The position numbers and the translations under genes were made by a program. This document shows, piece after piece, positions 18,769-29,634 of a stretch of DNA of 64,000 bases. Numbering within the stretch: position 1 is the first letter of the stretch; the number at the start of each line of letters is the position of its first letter. The notes below the pieces were generated by a model. It was not told the DNA's origin, did no database searches, and saw nothing but the letters and a program-made list of their open reading frames with translations. Source of the stretch: an uncultured virus (IMG/VR IMGVR_UViG_3300042878_001709) (Duplodnaviria; Heunggongvirae; Uroviricota; Caudoviricetes); IMG/VR virus record IMGVR_UViG_3300042878_001709, positions 62,001 through 126,000 of that record; one strand, given 5' to 3'.

Positions 18769-20517
18769 ATGGGACATTTATTAAATTCAGGTGAAGTCGG
18801 TAATATCGGACTAGAACACCTAAAACAAATTAGATCTAAAACCATTTCTAAATGGAATTCATTAGGATTCTTAGAAGGTTTAAAAGGTCACATCAAAGAG
18901 AACATCGCACAGTTATATGAAAACCAAGCGTCTGCTCTATTGAACGAATCAACATCGTCTGATTCTTCTGGATCTTTCGAAACAGTAGTTTTCCCTATTG
19001 TAAGAAGAGTATTCTCTAAATTATTAGCTAACGATATCGTATCAGTACAAGCGATGAACATGCCAATCGGAAAATTATTCTTCTTTGTACCAAAAACATC
19101 TAACGGAGCATTTGACTTAAATGGTAATTCTACTAATGGTTCTTTACCTCAGTGTGTAGTTTCTGGATGTGGAGTTACAGTAACAGAGTTTAGAACGAAA
19201 AATCTTTATGATTTATTCTACAATGACGGATTGTTTGACGCATCTAAAGGTACTAGAACAGTTTTTAATGGTGGATTAAATCCAGTTGTTTTAAACGCTA
19301 GTGGTGAGAAAGTTGAAACACCTTTTGAAGATCAACCATTGGCAGCTGACGGTTCAGTTAGAACAGTTAAAGCTTGTATTACTGGTTTCTCTCCTACAAA
19401 TGCAGGTAGATTGACAGGACCAGACGGAAACGAAATGGATACTGAGTCTTTCTTAGCTTCTTTAACAGTAACTAGTGATGACGCTATCTTAGATGCTGAT
19501 GGAAATACTATTATCGCAGCTGGTGGTGTTGTACCATTCAGATTAGTATCTCAAAAATATGGTAGAGGTATTGTTGATTATACTAATATTTGTCAACCTG
19601 ACGGATGTTTGTTAATCGAATTAGATTTAACTCACCCAGCTTGTATCAATTGTTTATCTTCAAACTTCGATGGTTATGTAGGTGCAACTTCAGCTACAAC
19701 GGCAGAACAGTGGGGAAATTTATCTGTATCTTGGGCACAATATGCAACATTAGAATTCGCTACAGAAATGGGTGAAGTATCTTTTGAATTGGATGAAGTA
19801 GTTGTATCGGTTACAGAAAGAAAACTAAGAGCTACTTGGTCACCTGAATTAGCACAAGACGTTAGTGCATTCCATAACATCGATGCTGAAGCTGAACTTA
19901 CGGCTTTATTGTCTGAGCAGGTAGCTGCTGAGATTGATAGAGAGATCTTAAGAGATTTAAGAAAAGGAGCAGCATGGCAATTGAGATGGGATTACAACGG
20001 TTGGAAGAGAGCTAACAACGGTGGTGGTTTCAACGCATACACTCAAAAAGAGTGGAATCAGACATTGATTACAAAAGTAAATCAAGTATCTGCTCAAATT
20101 CATAAGTCTACTTTGAGAGGTGGAGCTAACTTTATCGTTGTATCTTCTGAGGTATCAGCAATTTTTGACGATTTAGAATACTTCCACGTATCAAACGCTT
20201 CTCCAGAGCAAGACCAATACAATATGGGTATTGAGAAAATCGGTTCATTAGGTGGTAGATATACTGTATTTAGAGACCCTTATGCACCAGCTAACTCAAT
20301 CATTATTGGACACAAAGGTAAATCATTGTTAGATACAGGATACATTTACGCACCGTATGTACCTCTACAATTGACACCTACATTACAAAATCCGTTTAAC
20401 TTTGCACCGACTAAAGGTATCATGACGAGATACGCTAAGAAGATGGTGAACAACAGATTCTACGGAACTGTAACTGTTGATGGAGTTCAAACTTTTGATA
20501 TTAACGAATTAAGATAA
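18769..20517 (+). CDS. major capsid protein (T4 gp23-like)
   Basis: LYENQ, PIVRRVF..LLANDIVSVQAM..P.G, RKLRATWSPELAQD, DAEAELT..LSEQVAAEIDREI, GYIYAPYVPL, KGIMTRY. Confidence 0.97.
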   Translation: MGHLLNSGEVGNIGLEHLKQIRSKTISKWNSLGFLEGLKGHIKENIAQLYENQASALLNESTSSDSSGSFETVVFPIVRRVFSKLLANDIVSVQAMNMPIGKLFFFVPKTSNGAFDLNGNSTNGSLPQCVVSGCGVTVTEFRTKNLYDLFYNDGLFDASKGTRTVFNGGLNPVVLNASGEKVETPFEDQPLAADGSVRTVKACITGFSPTNAGRLTGPDGNEMDTESFLASLTVTSDDAILDADGNTIIAAGGVVPFRLVSQKYGRGIVDYTNICQPDGCLLIELDLTHPACINCLSSNFDGYVGATSATTAEQWGNLSVSWAQYATLEFATEMGEVSFELDEVVVSVTERKLRATWSPELAQDVSAFHNIDAEAELTALLSEQVAAEIDREILRDLRKGAAWQLRWDYNGWKRANNGGGFNAYTQKEWNQTLITKVNQVSAQIHKSTLRGGANFIVVSSEVSAIFDDLEYFHVSNASPEQDQYNMGIEKIGSLGGRYTVFRDPYAPANSIIIGHKGKSLLDTGYIYAPYVPLQLTPTLQNPFNFAPTKGIMTRYAKKMVNNRFYGTVTVDGVQTFDINELR

Positions 20518-20540
20518 TCTTAATTTAAAATAAAGTTATT

Positions 20541-20568
20541 AAAGGGTAGATTTTTTCTACCCTTTTTT
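20541..20568 (+). terminator. intrinsic terminator after capsid gene
   Basis: AAAGGGTAGA-TTTTT-TCTACCCTTT plus T run. Confidence 0.85.
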
Positions 20569-20578
20569 ATTTTTTAAA

Positions 20579-20586
20579 ATATTTAT
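20579..20586 (+). promoter_or_regulatory. putative late promoter ATATTTAT
   Basis: After the terminator, before ATG 20603. Confidence 0.6.
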
Positions 20587-20602
20587 TAGTATATTTGTAA
20601 TT

Positions 20603-21433
20603 ATGAGAATAAAAAAGAAATACGTAATTTTAGAATCTAGGTTAATTGATGTGTCATCTGAATTCAGTCCACAAGAAAAAAGAATTTTAGAGATGTTATA
20701 TAAAAAATACGGAGATAGTATTAACAACTTTAACCAGTGGGAAGTTGCTGCAGAGTTGATAGAAGATTTTAATTTAGATTATGAAAGTGCTTATTCGTTA
20801 ACCAAAACATTTTCATGGTCAGCTAGAGAATTATTTTCACCATATAAATCAATACGTAAAAAAGAACCAATTTATAGGTTATTTATTGACAATATATCTT
20901 CTTTAATATCTGAATTTTCTAAATTAAATGAAGATAATTACGAAGTTAATTTACATTTCGATGGAGATGTGGGGGCAGAACCCATTGAAGATAGGGTGGT
21001 TAGTCTTAGTAGTGGATTTAGAGGGTTTTATATGTATATTTCCCTACCAAATTATCATATAGATTCCCCATATAGAAGACATTATATTAATATGGACGGA
21101 ATTAGTAGTAGAACACTATCAGTATCAATAGATTTATACCCAATTGATTTAGATGGTAATAAGATAGAACGATTACATTGGGAATATAATGAGGATGAAA
21201 ATGTTAATAAAAATGAATTTTCCGTTATTAGTACATATTCTAACGTATTGGGTGAGATTAATGATAGAGATAAAATAGATTTAATGACATTTAATGTCCC
21301 ATATCCTACACCTATGACAAAGGAAAGTATATTTAATACATTTGATTTAATTATAAAAGATGTTTTGGATAAACTGTCCGAAACTAATTTTAAATTACCT
21401 GAAGGGATTGAACCTATCAATATTACTGATTAA
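20603..21433 (+). CDS. hypothetical protein, putative head cargo
   Basis: MRIKKKYVILES N-terminus. Confidence 0.6.
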   Translation: MRIKKKYVILESRLIDVSSEFSPQEKRILEMLYKKYGDSINNFNQWEVAAELIEDFNLDYESAYSLTKTFSWSARELFSPYKSIRKKEPIYRLFIDNISSLISEFSKLNEDNYEVNLHFDGDVGAEPIEDRVVSLSSGFRGFYMYISLPNYHIDSPYRRHYINMDGISSRTLSVSIDLYPIDLDGNKIERLHWEYNEDENVNKNEFSVISTYSNVLGEINDRDKIDLMTFNVPYPTPMTKESIFNTFDLIIKDVLDKLSETNFKLPEGIEPINITD

Positions 21434-22836
21434 TGTGAATAATCTACTTGATTGATAATGTTAAATTTGAGACTATTAGTATAGGTTTTTACCAATTGAT
21501 TAGATTTTAATTTAATATCGATAAAATATTCATTAGGTATCATCCAAGAAGTATCTAAAATAAAATAATTCCTTAAATAGGCTCTATTAACATCTAACCA
21601 ATCTATTACATTAACTTCTGCATTACCTTCTTTAACCCACAATCTATATTGTAAACCATCGATTACACTACTTTCATTAACTGTATATGGTAATCTAGCA
21701 TTGACAAATACTTTTCTTTTATCCCCTCTTTTTATTTTTTCATCCCTCATAATACCACTTAAATTAACCATATATTCTATAGGTAGAGATTCATTATCCC
21801 CAAAGTTATAATATTCAGTATCGTCTTTTACCTCAAATTCTAATGTAACATCTGGACGTATATTACCATCTATTACTATATCCGACCAAACATCAGTAAA
21901 TAACCCACATTGGGTGTTTGATATAGGTACGAATAATTCAATATAATAAACCCCTTTATCTGATTGTACTACATCACTACTAGTATACGCAGATATAATA
22001 TTACCGTTACTATCATTAACGGTTACAGTAGGTTTAGTATCTAAATTTGTAGGTTCACTACCTAAATTAGTGTAAAAATATAATCTATTTAATTTACCCC
22101 TATAGAAATTTTTTCTATCATCTCTAATAGTATTATCACATATAGTTTCTAAAAATGGTTCATAGTAAGTCTGTGTGTGTTTAGTAAAAAACCCAACATA
22201 TTGTGATGGGACGATGATTTTAGTTTCTAACGTTCTATCAAAAGATAACCCATACCCAAAATTAACAATATTACCCAAAATTAAATTATTTACCTCACTA
22301 GTGATATCCATCTCAATATTCTCATTACCGATATCGAAATGTTGTGTAGTTACTGTAATTGCGGAAGGAGAACCCGAATATATACCCTGTTCTGACCAAG
22401 TATTTGTTGTGGTTCTATTAAACCAATTACTAGCGGATTGCACAAAAGTTATATCTCCAACATAATCTAAATATCTTATTTGTTGGTAATCATAACCATA
22501 ACCTGAGTCCCAAAATTCGTCTATTTTAAAAAGGATTAAATCAAAAGAAGATGTTCTTTGTTTTCCGTCTAATAATTTTTGAGCCAACAAATCTTTATCT
22601 AAAAATGATGAATTTGTCATTCTTAGTGTATGTTTTACATCGGATAAATCACCTAATTCACCATTATTATATTTTTCTTGTAACCCTACTATATCAAAAT
22701 AAAGAATATGTCTAGTATAGTCAGGTTGAGTTTCTTTACCACCATAATATAGTTCTGCAATTGGGTTTCTTCCCGTATTGGTTAGTTTGTCAAAAATAAT
22801 CGTATTATTTTTATCTATATAAGTTCTGTATACCAT
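21430..22836 (-). CDS. putative virion/baseplate structural protein
   Basis: 468 aa, beta-rich, late motif upstream, adjacent to the spike gene. Confidence 0.55.
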   Translation of the reverse strand: MVYRTYIDKNNTIIFDKLTNTGRNPIAELYYGGKETQPDYTRHILYFDIVGLQEKYNNGELGDLSDVKHTLRMTNSSFLDKDLLAQKLLDGKQRTSSFDLILFKIDEFWDSGYGYDYQQIRYLDYVGDITFVQSASNWFNRTTTNTWSEQGIYSGSPSAITVTTQHFDIGNENIEMDITSEVNNLILGNIVNFGYGLSFDRTLETKIIVPSQYVGFFTKHTQTYYEPFLETICDNTIRDDRKNFYRGKLNRLYFYTNLGSEPTNLDTKPTVTVNDSNGNIISAYTSSDVVQSDKGVYYIELFVPISNTQCGLFTDVWSDIVIDGNIRPDVTLEFEVKDDTEYYNFGDNESLPIEYMVNLSGIMRDEKIKRGDKRKVFVNARLPYTVNESSVIDGLQYRLWVKEGNAEVNVIDWLDVNRAYLRNYFILDTSWMIPNEYFIDIKLKSNQLVKTYTNSLKFNIINQVDYSH

Positions 22837-22848
22837 TTCTTTTTATAA

Positions 22849-22856
22849 ATAAATAT
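22849..22856 (-). promoter_or_regulatory. putative late promoter ATATTTAT (minus strand)
   Basis: ATAAATAT on the + strand, 12 nt upstream of the minus-strand ATG at 22836. Confidence 0.65.
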
Positions 22857-22857
22857 C

Positions 22858-24162
22858 TTAATTAGTATTAATATTCTTATTTAATAATTTATTTAAATCA
22901 AAACTTAATACGTTTGTTGTAACAGTACTTGGGTCAGCAGTTAATCCATGATAAGGGTGTACGTGTAACTCTACATACTTTTTAACTAATTGTAAAAATT
23001 CAACAAGAATATCCCCATAAACTACTGGATGAGCCTCATTATTTATCTTTTGTTGTTCGTCATCAGTTATCAACTGTTTAGGATCAGTTAAATTAAATGT
23101 GTGTTCACCATCATGACTAATAAAATTAATTTTATTTGCTACAATGTTAACAACACTAGTTTTATCACTTTTATTAGTTTCTAATTTAACTTCTTTTATT
23201 TTCTTTCTAACCTCAATAGGTTTACTTGTAAATGTTGCGATACCATTATCCCCTTTATATATTGCAATTATATCATTCGATTTTGATTTTATTCTCCATC
23301 GTTCACCTTTATTTACGTCTATAAATGACTTAGCCGCCTCCAATGCGGAATCCCTAGAGGAACTACCTAAAAAGGAATTACTATTGGAGAAACTAGTAAT
23401 CTCCGCACCACTTTTTGCATCATTTATGACTACACTTATTTCAGTTCTATTAATATCATCCTTTCTATAAGTGTCTGCAGGTAAATCACCAGATAAAATA
23501 TTTCCATTATTTGTAATTGTATTTAAAATTACACTAATAATTTTATCAGGTTGTTGTTCTACAAAGGTAACTATTTCTTTATCTACTAAATTTCTTTTTA
23601 ATTTTTCACCACCAAACTTTAACTGTACATACCCTAAAGTTTTGTTATTAAATTTATTAAGTTCACCCTCAATATTCTTCCCAACTCTTAACCAAATTTG
23701 TCTATCTTTTTGTAAGATATCAGTATTATATCTACCTTGTAAAATAATATCCTCATCTTCCCCATAGGCACCAATTTCTAAATTTGGGTCCTTTAATTTG
23801 GTATATCCATCGGGTAATATCGAAAGTGCTGAATTATATGTTTCTTCAGGTAACCTATTTGGTTGAGTTATTAGTGGTCCAATCCAAAATCTTTTGTTTT
23901 TAAATGAGGCAGTTGGTGATGAGTCATTATATTCATATTGAAATACAAAAACACATTCTCCTGCTTTAGGTAATGTTATTAAATATTTTGGTAATAATGG
24001 TACACAATCTATTAAATTTTTATCACTTTCTGTGTCATCTACACCCGTAATTCTAACTTTTATTCTTCCTGATTTAGTTGTGTCTACTACAGAAATAACT
24101 TCACCAACACGTATAATTGGTATTACGTTAGTATTAGTACTGTCCGTATAATAATTATTCAT
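22858..24162 (-). CDS. baseplate central spike (gp5/gpV-like)
   Basis: N-terminal OB fold GEVISVVD...GRIKVRI...LPKAGECVFV...FWIG; C-terminal HVHPYHG metal-binding HxH tip. Confidence 0.8.
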   Translation of the reverse strand: MNNYYTDSTNTNVIPIIRVGEVISVVDTTKSGRIKVRITGVDDTESDKNLIDCVPLLPKYLITLPKAGECVFVFQYEYNDSSPTASFKNKRFWIGPLITQPNRLPEETYNSALSILPDGYTKLKDPNLEIGAYGEDEDIILQGRYNTDILQKDRQIWLRVGKNIEGELNKFNNKTLGYVQLKFGGEKLKRNLVDKEIVTFVEQQPDKIISVILNTITNNGNILSGDLPADTYRKDDINRTEISVVINDAKSGAEITSFSNSNSFLGSSSRDSALEAAKSFIDVNKGERWRIKSKSNDIIAIYKGDNGIATFTSKPIEVRKKIKEVKLETNKSDKTSVVNIVANKINFISHDGEHTFNLTDPKQLITDDEQQKINNEAHPVVYGDILVEFLQLVKKYVELHVHPYHGLTADPSTVTTNVLSFDLNKLLNKNINTN

Positions 24163-24353
24163 TAATCTTCTCCTTTATATCTTTTTACTAAAACTTTATT
24201 CCCATAGTAATATTCCTTTTCTACAGATTCTAACTTTTCAGAAAGTTTTATTATCCTATCTTTTAATGCAGTTTGTTCATGTAATAATTCTTCTAATTTC
24301 ATCTTAATAGAAGAATTACCCATATTTTCCCAATCGATTACACTATTTTCCAT
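24162..24353 (-). CDS. small coiled-coil protein
   Basis: Likely start MENSVIDW at 24353 (ORF track opens at 24368). Confidence 0.6.
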   Translation of the reverse strand: MENSVIDWENMGNSSIKMKLEELLHEQTALKDRIIKLSEKLESVEKEYYYGNKVLVKRYKGED

Positions 24354-24357
24354 AATT

Positions 24358-24807
24358 TTATCTTGCAATACCTTCTACTTTAACTGATTGTGTTGTTGCA
24401 CCTTGTACAACAATTGGTCCGCCAGCATTCCCACCTGTTGCGGTTATTGGAACACCTAGTGGGAATGCTGCCTCTATTTTCATTTTTGTTTGTATAGCAT
24501 TAACAATTTCTTCTACTCGTATTACTTCCATCTTTAATTCGAGATTCTCCGCACCGCTAGGTAATGGTCCGATACCAATACCGATCTCCTTTTTTCTTTC
24601 TATAATTCTAGAGGCGATTTCAATAGAACTCATTCCCTCTCTAAATTTAACACCTATTAGAATTTCTTCTTTAGATATAGGTGGTAATTTCTTAGGTGTT
24701 TTAAATGCCTTTTTAAGGAGTAATGCGATAGTTACTAATGCACCCGCAATGCCAATATTTTTGTAAATATCACCTTTATTACTATTACATCCGTCACTTG
24801 CTGCCAT
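24358..24807 (-). CDS. hypothetical baseplate-region protein
   Basis: 149 aa; Gly-rich beta C-terminus ITATGGNAGGPIVVQG. Confidence 0.6.
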   Translation of the reverse strand: MAASDGCNSNKGDIYKNIGIAGALVTIALLLKKAFKTPKKLPPISKEEILIGVKFREGMSSIEIASRIIERKKEIGIGIGPLPSGAENLELKMEVIRVEEIVNAIQTKMKIEAAFPLGVPITATGGNAGGPIVVQGATTQSVKVEGIAR

Positions 24808-24809
24808 AA

Positions 24810-26516
24810 TTAATCACAAAATCTATTTTTCTTATTGAATAGACTCACATTACTCAATGAATCTAAATTAACTTTATCCGTAAAACCTCTAGCTTTATCT
24901 ACAACATTTTCAGCTTTACCTAATAAACCTTCTATCGCATTTAAAGTATCATTAACAAAAGGAGGTAATAAACTTCTTTTTGTTTTTAAGAAATTTTCAT
25001 TTATTTCTTTTATTTTTTTTCTAATCGCACATAATACAATTTGTTTTAGTGCTTTTAATATCATAGGTAAAAGAAATTCATAAATTATCTTTTTTAATAA
25101 ATTCCCAATTATCACCGCAATAATACATTCAAACTCCTTAAGTAATTCCTTTATTTTCACTTTTTTAACGGGTTCAGAATTAACCAAATAATAGAACGTA
25201 TTTAACATTAATAGATTTTTTGGTGACAATACAATTTTAGTTAATGCAACTTGTAATGCACTTATAAAATTGGCTAAAAATTCACCATTCGCACTATTTT
25301 TATCTAAATTTTTTACACCTTCTGAAGATTCAGAAATTAAATTATTAAGAGATTTTGTATATACTTGAATTTTTTCTTGAAGAGTGGAAGTTGCTTTAAT
25401 GTTATCATCTATCTCTTTTAAAGTTTCAAACGAAATACTACTAATTTGTTTTGCACAACATTTTTTAAATTGTTTAACACCTAATTTTTTTTCATTTACA
25501 GTTTGTTTTATATTAACAATTTGTGCAGTTGTAAAAGTATAAAAACTTTCATCAAACTCAACATCTGGATTATCAATACCTTTATCAATATAATCCTCTA
25601 TTGCCTTTTCAGTCTCAACTACTTTGTTTAAACATTCATCAGGTAAATTAACTTTATTAGTTAAACTACCATAAATTAAATCTATTACATTTGGTATGAC
25701 TTTATCGGGGTTGAATAATGGATTTTGACTATTAAAATAATCAACTAAAAAAGTTATAAGTGTTTTACTTTGATATGTTTGATTGATAATTCTAATATTA
25801 AAAACTCTAGGTCTAGATTCTATATTTTGGGATTCACTAGAACCATTATTTTCAACAAATGAGGTAGGACTATCTTCAATATATCTAACTTCCATAATCT
25901 CTTTACCAGATGTGGGATCTTTCCATATTAAAGGGTTACCATTTTCTTGTATCACTTCCCATAGGAACACATTTATATCATCTATTGCAGTACCATCATA
26001 AAATAGTTTACCTACTGTAGAATTAGGGTCAACCGAAAATAAACAAGTTAAATCTAATTTATTTAACTCAATATTTATACCTAACCCAGGTGATCCACTA
26101 TTTGGTATAGGGGTTCCAGTTGCATCAAATGTTATAGTTGATGGGTCAGTCACAAATAACCAATTTGGTATCTGAGGATTAATCTTACAAGCGTAACAAC
26201 ATTTTATAGTATCTATCATTGTAATGGATAAATCCTCAGAAAGTGGTTGTAATTGTTCAACTAGCCAATTTATCAACTGCATCCTCATCTCATCAATATT
26301 AATACCTGAAACAGTTGCTAAAATATCATTTAATAAGTCAACAACTCTCTGACTAAAATTTAAATCGGGTACATCTGGAATTGCAGTAGGTATAGATAAA
26401 TTAGGTAAATTATTACATATAGTCTGATTCAGTGATATTAACTCTAGAATATTTCTCTTAACATCTCCAATAGCATCTTTAGGTTCACAAACAACATTCT
26501 TAAATTTTTCGTTCAT
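24810..26516 (-). CDS. hypothetical baseplate-region protein
   Basis: 568 aa in the same operon as the spike gene. Confidence 0.6.
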   Translation of the reverse strand: MNEKFKNVVCEPKDAIGDVKRNILELISLNQTICNNLPNLSIPTAIPDVPDLNFSQRVVDLLNDILATVSGINIDEMRMQLINWLVEQLQPLSEDLSITMIDTIKCCYACKINPQIPNWLFVTDPSTITFDATGTPIPNSGSPGLGINIELNKLDLTCLFSVDPNSTVGKLFYDGTAIDDINVFLWEVIQENGNPLIWKDPTSGKEIMEVRYIEDSPTSFVENNGSSESQNIESRPRVFNIRIINQTYQSKTLITFLVDYFNSQNPLFNPDKVIPNVIDLIYGSLTNKVNLPDECLNKVVETEKAIEDYIDKGIDNPDVEFDESFYTFTTAQIVNIKQTVNEKKLGVKQFKKCCAKQISSISFETLKEIDDNIKATSTLQEKIQVYTKSLNNLISESSEGVKNLDKNSANGEFLANFISALQVALTKIVLSPKNLLMLNTFYYLVNSEPVKKVKIKELLKEFECIIAVIIGNLLKKIIYEFLLPMILKALKQIVLCAIRKKIKEINENFLKTKRSLLPPFVNDTLNAIEGLLGKAENVVDKARGFTDKVNLDSLSNVSLFNKKNRFCD

Positions 26517-26517
26517 T

Positions 26518-26901
26518 TTAATCTATATCGTATTTAGTATTTTTATTACCAGCCTTTTCTTTAAATAATTCTCTTAGAATATTTTTATCTTCTTCTGTAA
26601 TACCATTACCTACATTATTGCCATCATCTTCATTACTTTTATTACCAAGTATCTGAGATTGTAATTTTGCTAAAGCTATTTTTTTATCAATAGTGGTTTC
26701 TAAAATTTTAAGAGTTTCATTATTAACTTTACCAATTTGGTATTCGTCATTAACGTCTTCTATATTAACTCTAACTTTTCTTTCATTTATTTCTCTTCTA
26801 GCACTATTCATTATATTACTACAATCATTATAAATTTCTTGCATTAATTCCTGTAAACTATTTTTATCTAAATTGATTTTAGTTTTTTTAGGTCTACTCA
26901 T
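26518..26901 (-). CDS. hypothetical helical protein, possibly terminase small subunit-like
   Basis: 127 aa with two long helices and a late motif upstream; function is a guess from size and character. Confidence 0.35.
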   Translation of the reverse strand: MSRPKKTKINLDKNSLQELMQEIYNDCSNIMNSARREINERKVRVNIEDVNDEYQIGKVNNETLKILETTIDKKIALAKLQSQILGNKSNEDDGNNVGNGITEEDKNILRELFKEKAGNKNTKYDID

Positions 26902-26916
26902 GTCTATTGTTTAACT

Positions 26917-26924
26917 ATAAATAT
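26917..26924 (-). promoter_or_regulatory. putative late promoter ATATTTAT (minus strand)
   Basis: Heads the baseplate operon. Confidence 0.65.
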
Positions 26925-26938
26925 CTAATAATAAATTT

Positions 26939-27673
26939 TTACAAAGAATCGTCTTCTAATTTATCGTTTTTCAATAAACCATAAATCTTCTTAAATCTTC
27001 TCATACCTACTCTTATATCTTTAGTAGATAGATCAGATATTTCTCTTATATAAGATAAAATTAAATTTTTGTTATATTTGTTACCACTTTCAATTTGTTC
27101 AAATATAGTTTCCCAGTTATCTAAAATAGTAGTCAATGCTAAACCAACTTTAAGTTCTATTTCAGATAATTTATTATATTTCATTTCACCTTTAATACTT
27201 GCAGAAATTTCATCTATAAAAGTATCTAATTGTATTTTGTCATCATCTATGGTATAAGTAAATTCTTCCATAGTTTCTACAGTCCGATATACATCTTCAT
27301 AGGATACATCAGATTTTAACTTCTTATCGTCTTTTATAAGTTGACCTAAAAGATAATGTTTACATATCGTACCAAAATAGGAATAAGCTTTTTTATTCTT
27401 ATCTGGTTTAAAATTGTGCATTTTAGTTATTAAAAAAGAAAGAGTGTCTGAATGAACATCTTCATACTCATACTCTTTCCTATATAATTTATATCGTCTT
27501 ATGATGGATTCTACCATCTTATTTATTGGGGCTTTTAGATATTCATTATAAATTTTATTTCTTTCTTCATATGACTCACATGTTAAAAATTTAACTACTG
27601 CTTCTTCCTGTTCAGGACCAAAATATAAATTGTTTGTTCTCTTTCTACCTCTTTTCTTAGGTTCCTCTAACAT
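26939..27673 (-). CDS. phage sigma factor for late transcription (T4 gp55-like)
   Basis: Sigma region 2-like segment YEDVHSDTLSFLITKMHNFKPDKNKKAYSYFGTICKHY, compare gp55-family NFDP.K..N.FAYFT.I. Confidence 0.7.
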   Translation of the reverse strand: MLEEPKKRGRKRTNNLYFGPEQEEAVVKFLTCESYEERNKIYNEYLKAPINKMVESIIRRYKLYRKEYEYEDVHSDTLSFLITKMHNFKPDKNKKAYSYFGTICKHYLLGQLIKDDKKLKSDVSYEDVYRTVETMEEFTYTIDDDKIQLDTFIDEISASIKGEMKYNKLSEIELKVGLALTTILDNWETIFEQIESGNKYNKNLILSYIREISDLSTKDIRVGMRRFKKIYGLLKNDKLEDDSL

Positions 27674-27680
27674 AAAAAAT

Positions 27681-28457
27681 TTATACTTCGTATGTTATTT
27701 CTCTATCTTGTGTATAAAAATATTCTTTTTTAGCCTTGTTAACCCAAAATTTACTTTCCAATACATCTATAGATGATTTATATTCCACAAAAAGTGAACC
27801 TTCTCTATTGTTTGTATGTTTATAACCTAATTTAGGGATTACCATAACTGGGACAGAAAAATATGTCATTCTTAATAAAAATTCATATGTGAACGTTAAT
27901 TTCATATTTGATTTTAATCCACCATTATCTTCATATATACTTTTTTTAACAATCATACCGTCAAAATTAAAGTTTTGAACTCTTTGAAGTGCATTATTAT
28001 CTAAGTAACCACTTACTTCAGAAAAATCTTTTGCCCATACACTCTCATTAGTGAATGAAATAAATCTACCATTTTCATCTGTTTCATATATTATAGGTAA
28101 AAATACCCCTACCTCTGGATAATGTTCAGAATATTCTTTACCATTTTTAATCCATATTGGGGAAATTTCATCATCATATTCTACAAAAGTAAAATATTCT
28201 GATTTACTTTCTTTTACACCATAATTCATTTGTGATTGGAATCCGTAATCCCCACTTTCATTTTCTACAATTCTAACGATATCTTTAATTTGTTCAAAAT
28301 CATAACTATTAAGATATTCTTTTAATTCTGTATCATCTGATGTGACAAATAAAACTTCATCAGGTTTTTCTTTTTGATTTTTAATACTTGTAATACAAGA
28401 ATCTAAATATGTTTTTTCTAATTTATGTACTGGTACTATTAATGAAATACTATTCAT
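27681..28457 (-). CDS. glycosyltransferase family 2 (GT-A)
   Basis: ISLIVPVH...YLDSCITSIKNQ...PDEVLFV; NYGVKESKSEYFTFVEYDD. Confidence 0.85.
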   Translation of the reverse strand: MNSISLIVPVHKLEKTYLDSCITSIKNQKEKPDEVLFVTSDDTELKEYLNSYDFEQIKDIVRIVENESGDYGFQSQMNYGVKESKSEYFTFVEYDDEISPIWIKNGKEYSEHYPEVGVFLPIIYETDENGRFISFTNESVWAKDFSEVSGYLDNNALQRVQNFNFDGMIVKKSIYEDNGGLKSNMKLTFTYEFLLRMTYFSVPVMVIPKLGYKHTNNREGSLFVEYKSSIDVLESKFWVNKAKKEYFYTQDREITYEV

Positions 28458-28487
28458 ATTTTTTTACTTTAATTTTATGTTATTATT

Positions 28488-29612
28488 TTACTTAACCTCT
28501 ACGTTTTCTTCTTTATTAGAAATTTGTTGATAACTAAATTCTAACTCAACAATTCTTCTCTTAAAAATTTTATCATAAACTTCACCCAAAATTTTATCTG
28601 AGTCCTCTGTAGAATATTTATCTGACCATTCAACCATACCATTCATAATATTTTGTGGTAAAGCATCCTCCAAATAAAGACCTACCATAGTGGCAATGAT
28701 ATCGGGTATAGAATTTAGATTTGCCGTCCATATACCATTATCATTTAAATTAAGATTACCCGCTTCATCGATAGTTCCCATCCACTCAGGAACCATTCTA
28801 GGTATTTTACCGATAACAGGTGTGTTAGTTTTTATTGATTCCAATGGGAATGTACCAAAACTTGATAACTCATCTATCCACACACTTAAAAAAGATTTAG
28901 ATAACTCATTGGCAAAAGTTTTTCTAGGTAGTCCTGACATATCTCTAAAGGTAAGAAATCTATAGTGTGGATATTTTTGATAAAATATTTTTACTATTTT
29001 CAGTAATTCTCTTTTATCTCTCGCAACCATTGCAACGGTAGGTACTTTAGGTTTACCATCATTCTCAAAATAAGAAGGGATACCTAATGGAATAATATCA
29101 GTTGTCATTCCTCTAAATAATGAATTTACATACTTACTTAAATTTTCGTTAGTTGTAATTACATCTTTAATACCAAACTGTTCCCAACCCTCACCGATCT
29201 CTAACATTTCAAAAATATATTCATATGATTGTAAAAATACGATTCTCTTACATGGGAAGTTGACTGTTTGTTTCATAATACTAGCAAACGCTTCAGGTAT
29301 AACAACGAAATCAGAAGTCCCAACTTGTAATTTTTGGGATTCTATAGATATGTGTGGTAAGTTAGCGTATTCTTCACCTAACCAGTCCGCAATACCAATA
29401 CCATTTTCATCTTCCCTAAGTTTATAGTCATCCTTATCATGTAAGATTTGTGCGTTGTAACCTAAATCTCTTAATTTTTTTACGTGTTCGTAAATTGTTG
29501 CAACTCCCGCAGTTGGGTTACCTTTTGTGTCGATAGTGAAAAAATAAATACCAAAATCTTTATTATTTATTTTTTCGATCGATTCTTTAATTTTTTCTAA
29601 TTGTTCACTCAT
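28488..29612 (-). CDS. glycosyltransferase, GT-B (GT4-like)
   Basis: GVATIYEHVKKL...GY; DFVVIPE; SFGTFPLESIKTNTPVI. Confidence 0.75.
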   Translation of the reverse strand: MSEQLEKIKESIEKINNKDFGIYFFTIDTKGNPTAGVATIYEHVKKLRDLGYNAQILHDKDDYKLREDENGIGIADWLGEEYANLPHISIESQKLQVGTSDFVVIPEAFASIMKQTVNFPCKRIVFLQSYEYIFEMLEIGEGWEQFGIKDVITTNENLSKYVNSLFRGMTTDIIPLGIPSYFENDGKPKVPTVAMVARDKRELLKIVKIFYQKYPHYRFLTFRDMSGLPRKTFANELSKSFLSVWIDELSSFGTFPLESIKTNTPVIGKIPRMVPEWMGTIDEAGNLNLNDNGIWTANLNSIPDIIATMVGLYLEDALPQNIMNGMVEWSDKYSTEDSDKILGEVYDKIFKRRIVELEFSYQQISNKEENVEVK

Positions 29613-29634
29613 AATAGTTTATTTTTTTTTATTA

